Shown: piece by piece, positions 1 through 10,800 of the stretch
Layout of the letters: each line of letters starts with the position of its first letter
Position numbering within the stretch: position 1 is the first letter of the stretch
Source: Perna viridis
Lineage: Eukaryota
Direction of reading: 5' to 3'
Length of the DNA: 64,000 bases
Assembly (NCBI GenBank): GCA_037379345.1
Contig: CM074519.1
Span: 40,654,851-40,718,850, forward strand
Notes under the pieces: generated by a model
Databases searched by the model: none
What the model was told of the DNA's origin: nothing
Seen by the model: only the letters and a program-made list of their open reading frames with translations
Position numbers and translations under genes: made by a program

Positions 1-145
1 TGGCTAATCATCCTTGCCATAAGGCGAGGTTAATTACTTGAAGATGGGAATGTAGTAAGGCGGAAGTACAAGAATACCCCAATATCCTAGTTCTCCACAA
101 TTAACAAATGTGAGTAGTTGCAGAATGATGCAACGGATTATATAC

Positions 146-313
146 AGAGTAATCAAGGGAACCAAGGTTATAGCGGTAATCAAAGGAATGTAATCCAGGG
201 ACAAAGACCAGACATGGAAAACAGATATACACAACAAAGAACATAAAGTAACTAAAATCATACATATAAAGTAACAAAAGTAAATAAGCAACTCGGACTC
301 CACTAAAAACTGG
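146..313 (-). mobile_element. 3'-end (pseudo-LTR/3'UTR) fragment of a Penelope-like retroelement
   Basis: The reverse complement closely matches 5027-5190 and 16561-16729 (ccagtttttagtggagt...ccttggttcccttgattact). Confidence 0.85.
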
Positions 314-1873
314 TTACGTGTACATCTTCAATTCATAGCATTTAAACTCTCAACACTTGGAACCTTATTTTTAACTAGGGTGAACGTAAATCAGGTCTAT
401 AATAAAAAAAAAAAAGGAAAAGCACGAGATTATGTATCTTACAAGATCGACGAAGTTGTCACCAAAAATTTTGGATAAAAAATGATGACAAACATTTATC
501 GTCTAAACGGGCCTTAACTAAATTAAGTCGGACCAGGGCAGTCCCGGCATCACAACTAACTTTTATTTATTTACATACATTTACTTGCAGGCCCAGTATT
601 CACAAAAAAAAGAGCGATTGCAAATGCGCCTCCTTATATGAAATGTTTTCACATTTAAATTGTCGAGTTTGTACTTAATTTATTTTTTTGCCAAGTTCCT
701 AAGATTGATAATTAACAAAAGAATAGATGTTTTTGTAGCAAAAAATATAGACTTGCTTGGTTGATAGACGGACACACGCCGTGTACAAATAGATACAAAA
801 AAAGAGAGTAAAAAAAACAACAGTCCATATAAAGTCGTTACTGATATCAGAAATTAAGTATGGCTTTAACACGTGTATCTGATTAATTTAGACATTATTA
901 ATGGGGATTGAGCAATAATGCACAGTCTGAGTAGTATCAAGCATGAGACACAGAGTGGTATTTTGTTTTGCCTTTTTAGGGTGGGGTGAACATCTTCCTT
1001 TTATTCTTCGTCATTAGGCTTGTCCTATTTTCTATTCTTTTATGGGTTTATTAAGTACAAGAATGTTAGAAATGTCATTGTAGTGACTATTTATCATATA
1101 GCTCCTGGTTCAATTATATTTTCCCAATTTTCAAACACTCAACTTGGCATCGAAACATACACAATAATAAAATATGGTTAGATATCAATTTCTACAGAGC
1201 ATTCTATGTTATCAAACTTCAATTAAATTTAGAGTACATTTGTATATTCATATATCTGAAGATATCAATGTCTATTACAAAACTAAAAAGAAAAAAGACA
1301 GAAATCTGGTCACTACCACTTCAATAAAAAGAAATTATAAATAAATGTTTGAAATTGAACAACTTAACACATCAAACTGTGTATGCTTTAAACTAAGATG
1401 GGTTCCGTTTTAGTCTTCTTTTCAACGTACAACAAAAACACTGAGTAATCTTAACCGTTGTGATTGCCTCAACTAATCTAATTCTAATTTCAGATAATGA
1501 GTAGTAATAGTTTCAAGGGAATATCTGTCGGAATTTTTTTCGACCACAAAAAATATGATGGTATTGCACTTTTGTCGTCCGTATCGTAGTCGTCTGTATT
1601 TACGCACTTATTTTTCGTGCGATGATTTGAACATAAGCTGATATATCTTAATAAAAACTTTACAACAAAGTTCAAAACGAAAAAAAAGATTGGTATTGAT
1701 TTTGGGGCTTATGGTCTCAACCGTTTTGGAAGTAGATGCTAAAGGGACCAACAAAAAACATCAAAAATATCTTAAATATAAACATAGGTATCTCTATCTC
1801 TCCACTGACAGTCTTCTATACCACAGACTGGGCAGGAGCGGATATGGTTAAAGATTGAAAAGGGCAAAAATTG

Positions 1874-1962
1874 CAACAACAACAACAAAAAACAAAAACA
1901 AAAACAAAAAACAAAAAAACAACCAAAACACAAAAACAAAAAACAAAACTAAAACACAAAAA
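1874..1962 (+). repeat. Degenerate (CAA)n/(CAAAAA)n microsatellite
   Basis: Run of caacaacaac followed by aaaaac units; it explains the spurious ORF 1816..2061. Confidence 0.85.
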
Positions 1963-4259
1963 AGACAAGCGTCTTTCAAATGTTTCTAACACAGCGAGAG
2001 AAAAGGTTAAACGGTGAATGGATCTCTCTCTTTGAAATGGTATGATATTGTTCCATATCATCGTTGATTGATTGTTGTTTTAGTCTGAGGTGTGAAAAAA
2101 AAACACAATGTTGGAGAAACGTGAATAAGCCCAAGAGGAACGTTTTGTTACTACTCTTTCCTAGTGTTAAGGAAAAGGGGCAAAAATGGGGCCCGGTCTT
2201 GCAAAAGAAAACATTTTATAGCTATATAACACGTGTGTGTATGTATCTTAGTGACATTGTAGACAGATGGTTCCATTTAACCAACATAAGGCATGATTTT
2301 CAGAGTGATTAAAATTTGGCAAATGAGGGGCCAAAATTAATATTTTCTAGTCTACTGTCAGTAACTTTAGCAAAAGAGTATGAATCTCTCCACAAGATTC
2401 CAGACCAAGAAAGAATTTTTTTAATGGATTTTAAGGGTTTTGGCGCTTGCCTTTTAGGATGTCATAAATAGACCTTTTATCAAACTTCTTACATTTCATT
2501 TTTAAATTAATTACTTAATATTTAATTATTTTGCGATTATTTGTAAGTAAATTTTTAGTTAGTTTAAAAGTTATCGTGTACAAATTGCGAACGCAACGTA
2601 TTTCAGATTAATACGTTTCACTCCCCTACTGTCAAGCAACCCCACTCGTTTCAAGCCACCTAACGTAATATTTAGGAAAAGAAATTAATGCGACATCCAA
2701 TCAGACAAAGTAAAATTTAACACTAGTATTTGTTTTGTTCAAATCAAATATGTTGGGAAGTAGCTAAAGGACGTAGAATGATAAGACCCTTATTTGGCCG
2801 CCCCCCATCCCTTTGTGAGATTTGGGATACAGTGTTCGGGTCAGTTTTCCGATTTCGCCGCCCACTGACACAGAATCCTCAGATAAGCCCCCCCATGCAT
2901 GACTTGAAATTAGAAATTTTATTTGTAGAAATTTTTTTCTGCTGTCAAATAAGTGATTTAGCATGTTTTACCATTTATACACGTCAGAAGGGAGTGTTTA
3001 TGGATGTATTATCAACTGGATCTTGTATACTAATGCCCAGAAAAACCATCAATATCCAGTTCGTGCATGTACATTTGGAAGCTTAAAAAAGCATCCTGCC
3101 AGCTTCTAATCCCATCGATTATGGTCAAAACAAAAAATATCTCCAGCGCCAAAACCCCACCACCAATGCACCAAATCCCAGCACTGATGGTGGTTAAAAC
3201 AAAATTATCTCCAGCACCTAATCCCAAAAGGGTTTTGGCAGCTTCACTCTCATATACTTGGTAAATGCAATTGAGAACCACACCAGTCAAGGGAACATCA
3301 GCTAGCTTCAATGATTGAATACAAATCGAAACTTAGCTTTTTCCAAGATATGGATGGTCAAAACGTGGCACCAGGATGGTTACAAAAATGACGTAATTAG
3401 CTTATCAATACCGGACGATTTGACCCAAAGATATTTTTGATGATGACAACCCACCTTACCAAAGCCAGACATTTCAGACCATGACAATAGGAGGATGCAT
3501 AAGGACAATAAAAACCATAGGACTTAGGTGTCATATGTTTCTTAGGGAGCATTTAAGGTTTCATCTTCTTTAGCCTTATCTTTCAAGGATTGAAATTATG
3601 ATGCCCCAAATTGGCAAAACTCTGAATTTTCCATCTACTTTTTTTTAAATTGGGTACTTTTTGGAACATTACATTGTATTTCAATATTTTAGTGTCTCGG
3701 CCAACTTGACCCTAAATTGTTGTTGATATTTTCGAACTGTGACTTTGTTAGGAGTCCAAATCTGATAAGATATCCCAGGTTCACATTGGCAGACCCTTTG
3801 AAAATAACAAATTTAGCATTGAAAATTGGCATTTCCCTCGGTTTGTTGCTCTTTGCAGATTTTCTGCTTCCTGATGAAATGGCGAAAATTTCAAACCATA
3901 TTTAAAAAAAAAAATCATCCATTAAACAATACATACAACATTTTGTCATTTACTACAAACTCATTTTTCTCATAAAAGATAGTTCCAAATACGGCTCTCA
4001 TCATACCTTATCTTTTTTAGAGACCGTCATACTTAGTCTTTGAACCTCAGCTCTGGGCTCTTTCTATTTACCAAAGAAACAAACTAGGTAGAATACATCT
4101 ACAACGTATAACCTTTTCTGAGATAATTCATGTACTCCAGCAATGATATTGATTGACTTGTAAGTATTCTATAGGCAGATCCAAAGGGCACCTCCTTCAA
4201 AGCTGATGTCCAATGATTATATTGAAAAAAAAGGAAATTGCTTAACATTTTAATTATAT

Positions 4260-5208
4260 ATTGACAACATATTTGTCCAGTTTGGTGGATGTGTTTTTCA
4301 ACAAACGGTCAGCATTCCAATGGGAACAAATTGTGCTCCTTTACTTGCTGACCTTTTCCTTCACTCTTATGAGGCTGACTTTATAGCTGATCTGATCCGA
4401 AAGAAAGAATATCATTTAGCTAGAACCTTTAATCTCAGTTTCCGCTATATAGATGACATTATCTGTAAACAATCCTAATTTCAGGGATTTGATACATCGC
4501 ATCGACCCCAAAGAACTTGAGATAAAGGATACTACAGACACTTTGAAGTCAGCCTCATATCTTGACCTACACTAAGAAATCGATGGTAAAGGAAAACTGT
4601 TGACCAAACTTTACATCAAACGTGATGACTTTTCATTCAAAATTGTCAACTTTCCTTTCATCTGTGGCAACATCCCTTCAGCACATGTGTATGGAGTGTT
4701 CATATCACAACTAATATGTTATGCCAGAGCTTGCCGAAACAACTCAGACTATTTGTATTGTGCTAGAACTCTAACCATTAGGCTTCTGGAACAGGGTTAT
4801 GTTGCTACAAGATTGAAGTCATCACTACAGAAGTTTTATGGTCGTCATCATGAACTCGTGGATCATTATGGTGTGTCCATCTGCACCATGAAAACTGTTT
4901 TATTCAATGTGTCATAGTTTCCTTTCCTCGTTGTCCACCCTGAACTTGACTTTTTATGAGCAACTCGGCAGGTGTTTCTAGAAAAGTAGAGGACGCTTAC
5001 CCTTTCGGTGCACCTTTCCATGCACCCAGTTTTTAGTGGAGTATGAGTTGCTCATTTGCTTTTGTTACTTCGTATGTGTGATTTTAGTTACTTTATGTTC
5101 TTTGTTGTGTATGTCTATTTTCCATGTCTGGTCTTTGTCCCTGGATTACATTCTTTTGATTACCGCTATAACCTTGGTTCCCTTGATTACTTTCTCAATA
5201 TATGAAGA
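4260..5208 (+). mobile_element. 5'-truncated Penelope-like retroelement (Naiad-type), RT pseudogene plus 3' end
   Basis: Translates IDNIFVQFGGCVFQQTVSIPMGTNCAPLLADLFLHSYE...FRYIDD (PLE RT motifs). A frameshift and stop follow, then the thumb region (KRDDFSFKIVNFPF...GVFISQL..YARAC) ends at a stop at 4917 with no C-terminal GIY-YIG, as expected for N-terminal-endonuclease PLEs. Confidence 0.88.
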
Positions 5209-6028
5209 ATCTTAAAGTAAGTGGTTGGAGTAATCAGTATGGATGAAAGGAATTCCCTTCTGACATTGTAGGAGTAATAAAACATGGTACACTACCACAA
5301 GACCTGACTTAAGTGGTAACAATATTCCCACTTTTCACAGTGGAGATGATGTGAGTGGGGTCAGTGTGTCTCAGCCCAACACTGTGGAGTCACCATTTCA
5401 AATTATGCTAGTAGTTAGGGGATGCCCAACTTTTTCACCAAATTTGTGAGCCCCTTCAGAATCAAATTGTCTCCTTAAAGTCCCCTGCTTACATGACAAA
5501 ATATTTTTAAAAATGAAAAGTATTGGAATGAAGCAATTTTATCTCAGTTTCCCATTAGTGGATACACGGTGGAGTCACAGTAGAGGAAAATTGAAACTCC
5601 TCTGTGAAGTGTGGAGAAAGTTTAGGTAGATATTAGTGTATATGTACACTATACTTATGGTGGGTGTAATTTTCTAAATATCTGGGAGGCCCTCAGATGA
5701 ATCATGCCTTGCCAGAAGTAGCTGATTTGCAGCAATTTTAGCAAGATGTGCATGATAAAATAGCATAGTGCATATGTGTCTATAGTGTGTTACATATTAA
5801 CTAAGAAAGAATTCTAATTGGAATGCATCAGTAGCAGGACATACATTTGTATATAGATGTACTTGGAGAGTACTATTAGACATGCAAGAGCTTTAAGCGA
5901 TGAGTCTTCCAGATACATTTTATGTATAAGTATAAGAGATGAAATTAAATACTCTATTTTTCTGTCTGTAGGAAATTTTGTAATAGTACATGTAACTTCA
6001 TGTATATCTTTTGCAGGAACTATTAAAG

Positions 6029-6877
6029 ATGTCAAAGAAGAGAAATTTGCCAGGTTGGATGGAAGTTTGTAAAAGTAGAAAACTAATAGAGAAACAAGAA
6101 GAAATTGACAATCAACATGACAGAAAAGTTCAGAAGAGAACTGAAGACATTTTGAAGGATAAAAGTACAAAATCAGAAAAGGCTATGGAGGATGCAAAGA
6201 GAAAGTTTAAAGAAGACAGGAAAATAGCAGCATCACAAGCCTTTGATCAAATTCTTAGTGAAGCAACACAATTAATGGAATTAAGCTGTAAAACTATATA
6301 CACTCTTAACAGAAATGAATGCAATTTACTTTGTGAAGACATAGAACTTTGTTTATGTGATCAGACCAATGCATTTATAGGATTTGACATGGAGTGGTCA
6401 GTAAAATACCAAGTTGGAAAGGAGGAGAAAACTGCATTGATACAAATATGTACAGCCCCTGATACTTGTTTTCTATTCCATGTCTTTAATATGGGATTTC
6501 CTCTGCCTAGAAACCTTAAAAATCTATTATCAAGCAAGCATGTCAAAAAGGTTGGTGTTAACATAGAGTCTGATCTGTGGAAACTTGAGAGAGACTATGA
6601 TATTCAGGTATTGGACATTATCAAAAACAGCATGGTTGATCTTAGCGAGTTTGCTAACCAAGTGCTTGGTTGTGAAGAAAAGTGGAGTTTGGATGGGTTG
6701 GTTAAACATTTGTTTCATCAAAAACTTGACAAAAATCCTGATATTAGAACTGGTAACTGGACAAACTACCCACTGAGTGAAGAACAAAAAAACTATGCAG
6801 CTCTAGATGCTTTGGCTTCTTACAAAGTTTACCAGAAGTTATTGTCAGGTAAAAACTCAAAGTCTGGTAGTAGTTAA
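6029..6877 (+). CDS. WRN-type DEDDy 3'-5' exonuclease, stand-alone (WRNexo-like), 282 aa, with N-terminal Ku-binding motif
   Basis: ExoI IGFDMEW, ExoII KVGVNIESDLWKL and ExoIII YAALDA are present, along with WRN-like blocks ALIQIC, WSLDGLVKHL and IRTGNWTNYPLSEEQKNYAA. A splice acceptor ttgcag at 6011-6016 precedes the ATG at 6029. The N-terminus is MSKKRNLPGWM. Confidence 0.9.
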   Translation: MSKKRNLPGWMEVCKSRKLIEKQEEIDNQHDRKVQKRTEDILKDKSTKSEKAMEDAKRKFKEDRKIAASQAFDQILSEATQLMELSCKTIYTLNRNECNLLCEDIELCLCDQTNAFIGFDMEWSVKYQVGKEEKTALIQICTAPDTCFLFHVFNMGFPLPRNLKNLLSSKHVKKVGVNIESDLWKLERDYDIQVLDIIKNSMVDLSEFANQVLGCEEKWSLDGLVKHLFHQKLDKNPDIRTGNWTNYPLSEEQKNYAALDALASYKVYQKLLSGKNSKSGSS

Positions 6878-9800
6878 AAGTACAATGTACAATAAGTTGT
6901 TATTAATATATAAGTTGTTATTTAAAATTGTTATATCTATGTTATTGTTATAGTTTGCTCTTTTTTTTACATAAAAAGGGAGATAACTCAAAAAATTTCA
7001 GACTTTCATAAATATCATGCCTTAACCAAAAACATTTCAAAGAAAATTGTCAAACAGAGTCAGTGAGAAATACAGATTCTAACTAAAAATAGCACTTGCA
7101 TCTACAGGAAAAGTTGTCCTAAGTGGAACCCTCAATTATTCAAAAAAATCTTTGATCTACCAATAATGGTTCCAGATCAGTAAAAAACTCATCCATAATG
7201 TTTACATTACTGTTTTTGTCAGGACCTTTCAGAGCTTACTGAAAGATGTATTGATATTTGTTGAAGACTTAATGATGATCTCTGATTTATTACTTTGGAT
7301 TTAGGTTATTCACTGATGCATTTGTTGTGTTTCCCCATACCTATTCTTTTTTTCATGGATGGTGTTAGTGGTATCCTAATAGAATTAACTAACAGAAATT
7401 AACAACAAATTGAAGCTATTGAACTAAACTCATCTTTCCGTTAGATTTTACATGATCATAGTACATGAATTTGAAAATAATAATTTGTTTCATTCCCTTG
7501 TCACAGATTTCCTCATTGATGTTCTTCCAACCTCTTGTGCCGAGGTATAGTTACCTTTTTAAAGCTGTTACACCTCAGCCATGCATGGTAAATAATTACT
7601 AATTGTTATTATAAGTAGTAACAACTTATTATTTAACTAGTAAAGGATAAACACTAAAATAAGCTGAAAAGATTGTTTTATGAGTAGTGCTCATGTCTTG
7701 TAAAATTCTTTACATCCAAGATGGTAATTTTACTGTTTTTGGGGAAGTGGTAGTATTGAAAATTCTTATTCCTTATGAGTTAATAAACTTAAAGCTGAGT
7801 ATTACATTACTGGTGTACGCTCAGTATGTCTACCTCCTGTAATTTTTTCAGTGTGTTCTGCCAATTTCAAATGTTTTACAGTTCTTGCCTTCAGCCACTA
7901 GCCTGATGTATGGGTCTAGTAAAAAAGATTATGGCTAGTAAAATGGTGTGTAGCTTTCATTGTTTTGAGCTAATGGAATACTCTATAGTTTGCATTGATA
8001 GTGTAGAGTCAAGTTAATTATGAAAGAATTTAAAGAAAAGGATTTAAATTTGCTGAATCATAAAAATCTTGCCTTTATGAATTGTGCATGATTTTCGAAA
8101 AGTCCTAGAAAGGTTTTAGATAATAGTCATGAACCTCTCCTCCCATCTCCACAAACACCAAGAATAAAACCCAACTTTACTGGTAATCACAAGAGGATAG
8201 TTAGACTTAAAATAATGCTCTCTTTGGAATCTTCCATAGTGTCAATACTTAGATTCCCTCCCCTTGATAAAGTACTTTGCTCTGTGAAGGTTATTATACT
8301 AATGTTTACTATTTTTTGTGTTTGTATTCTATGTTTCTTTGGATTATAGACTAAAAATTGTTGTTCCATAATAAATTGATGAATGGAATTTGTAATTTGA
8401 TACAAGTTATATCATTGTAAGGACAGATTTAAAATTAACTGAAACTGATACAACTGTTTAAAAGATGATACAATTTGTGACTGTATAGTTTTTTTGTTCT
8501 ATATCAAAGTTGTAATTTATTTTTCCTGGTGCAAAGTTACCATGTTCCTCTTTGTCATACCTGTTATCATTTAGAACAGTTCTTGTGGGAGTTTTACATT
8601 ACAGCATTTTTACCAAAAACCTCTCACAAATCGTAATTTTTTGTGTGGGAGATTCTAAATTTTTCATTGATTATTTAGGAGGGTTAACAGGTATGATTAC
8701 TTTGTACATGCAGATAACATTTGGTTATAACAAAATGTACTCAGAAAAAAGATTATCTCCCTTTGGGGGCAAATCAGAACAAATAGTTCCATCCTTATCA
8801 ATGAATTTTAATCCAACTTATGAAATACTGCAAATCATTGTATTAATTGAGCTTTTAGGACAGGTTGCACTCAAGAACAGACATGTCTGTAGGTATAATT
8901 TTTTGTTGTATACAGTGTGGGGGAGGGTGGGAGGGGGTAAAAGAGACTCAGTTAAGTTTTAATACTTTATTAACTGTATGTTTGGAATTGTAGTAGTTCA
9001 TTAAACACACTGACTAGACAGTAACAGGAACATCAACTCATCCTTGGTCTCTTACTATACACAATATATTATAACTGTGATTGACATCAAAGCTTCACCT
9101 AAAATAGTGAATACCAGACCATACATGATTCTATTCATTGTCTGTATATGTGTAATTCCAAAGAAGCTCTTGTATAACTTGGTCATACATGCTACCATTC
9201 ATACTGACAACGTAATTAAAAGGAGACAAAAATTTACATTGAATTATCTCCCCTTAACTGTAAGAAGATTAGCACTATGGAAAGAAATGATGTAAGAATA
9301 GAAGCTTTTAGAGAAAAAAAAAGAGATTTTAGATATTATTTACAACAAAACTTTGTTTTTTTGAGTGAATCCAGAAATAAAAATTAGTTGGGATTTCAGA
9401 TTGTAACATTCAAATTTTTAAGAAATGGTTTCTTCTTCTTTCATTATTGCCAAGCAGGAACCATCAAAATAAACTGAACTTAAGTTTAGGAAGAACATTA
9501 CATTCCAACAAAAACAATACTGAAATCTATTTTCTGCAACAAATAGTTATTTATCAATTTTGTACAATCCAAAAGCCATCTGTTTCATAATCAATAGGAG
9601 TGTTTGTTATAATAATCCTAAACACATTATGTAATATCCGAAACTTTATATCAATGCACTGTTTATTTAATGAAAATCATTTTTGCTTGGAGAAAAACAA
9701 GATATAAGATTGAAACTTTCTTCAAGCAGGATGGGTATTGAGGGAATGAATTCTAGTGCATGTGTACTGTAGTTAAACTCTTGCATAAGGTCAAGAGTGT

Positions 9801-10179
9801 AATCCATGCCATGTATTTCTTGTACAACAAGAATTAGAAATGATAGAATGATCTGATTTTGATGACAGTCTATCTATATAACGCATCAGCCATTCTTACA
9901 TCTATAAAGTCCAACAAAAACATATCAATGTAAAGCTCATAGTCCTTTAACAAAATATCAACATGTATATCCATTTAGCCCTCATTACAGAGTATATATA
10001 CAATAATAAATTAACAATACTGCAATGTCACTAAATACTAGGGGTGCTACTTGTTTGTTTCCATTATCTTTTGTTTGTTGTTTTTTAGGGAATTTTTTTC
10101 CTCCCACAGAAACAAAATAATTCATCTAGCATTCACTGACTGCCATTTTAAAAATACATAGTAACAGATCCTGAAACAG

Positions 10180-10800
10180 TCAAGGATGAATGAATTTATC
10201 ATTGTCAATGCTGACTTTGATGATGATGCAATCGTCTCTGATATAATTTCTGGTTTTGAGGATTTCATGCGAAACAAATTTAGGATAACCAAAACCAAGA
10301 GTCTCTTTATGATCTGCATCTTTCTTGGGTTTAAGGAAATGCTTCCATGTTGGATCAGGAGTAAAGCTCTCCTTCATGTGAGCACGTTTTTCTGAGTTAT
10401 TGTTTTGATCTAGCACTGAAAACGAAATTGGCAAACTAAATGGCCAGTCCAAAATATTGTCAAATTCACCAGGTAACAGTTTTATGTACACAGAGAGGTA
10501 TTTCCCTTCTCCTGCACCATTCCCATTCAAGAACACAGAGGCAGCCATTTTGTAACCATAGCGATTGGTATAAAATGGTTCACTGATGATTTCTGAACTT
10601 TTGTACACAGATTCCAGAAACTTCTGTTTATAGTTTGTGATTTTCCATATAAATGTACCATCAGTAACATGAGTTAGAGTATATAAAGCATTGCACAATT
10701 GAGTAATCTGAGTTTGTTGATTTTTGACAAGTCCACACATCAGTTGAAGATGCTGTTTCATTCCATCTTCTATGTGCTTGTCCAAACTGAATCTTGGGCA
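10180..10800 (-). CDS. TRAF4: TRAF4 exon 7 (coiled coil + MATH/TRAF-C domain, stop)
   Basis: Acceptor ttcag precedes CPRFSLDKHIEDG...DGTFIWKI...FYTNRYGYK...LGFGYPKFVSH...HP*. Confidence 0.96.
   Translation of the reverse strand, partial: CPRFSLDKHIEDGMKQHLQLMCGLVKNQQTQITQLCNALYTLTHVTDGTFIWKITNYKQKFLESVYKSSEIISEPFYTNRYGYKMAASVFLNGNGAGEGKYLSVYIKLLPGEFDNILDWPFSLPISFSVLDQNNNSEKRAHMKESFTPDPTWKHFLKPKKDADHKETLGFGYPKFVSHEILKTRNYIRDDCIIIKVSIDNDKFIHP

Noticed and set aside
34-303. Hydrophobic 89-aa ORF (also 15952-16233 and 16515-16802) as a membrane protein
   Set aside because: It is a translation of the T-rich retroelement 3' end, and the frames are not preserved among copies.
3030-3311. Overlapping ORFs 2730-3311
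   Set aside because: No recognisable domain or splice context; the region contains short internal duplications and is probably a decayed repeat.
3871-3895. Hammerhead-like CTGATGA...GAAA
   Set aside because: Stem II and stem I pairings cannot be formed.
8552-8962. 136-aa ORF (also 31004-31402, 56989-57351, 62802-63149)
   Set aside because: Composition typical of chance ORFs in AT-rich intronic or UTR DNA, mostly non-ATG starts, no motifs.
6878-10179. Downstream RecQ helicase exons of a full WRN
   Set aside because: No helicase motifs (Walker A, DEAH) were recognised on the + strand here or in the TRAF4 introns; very small exons cannot be excluded by eye.
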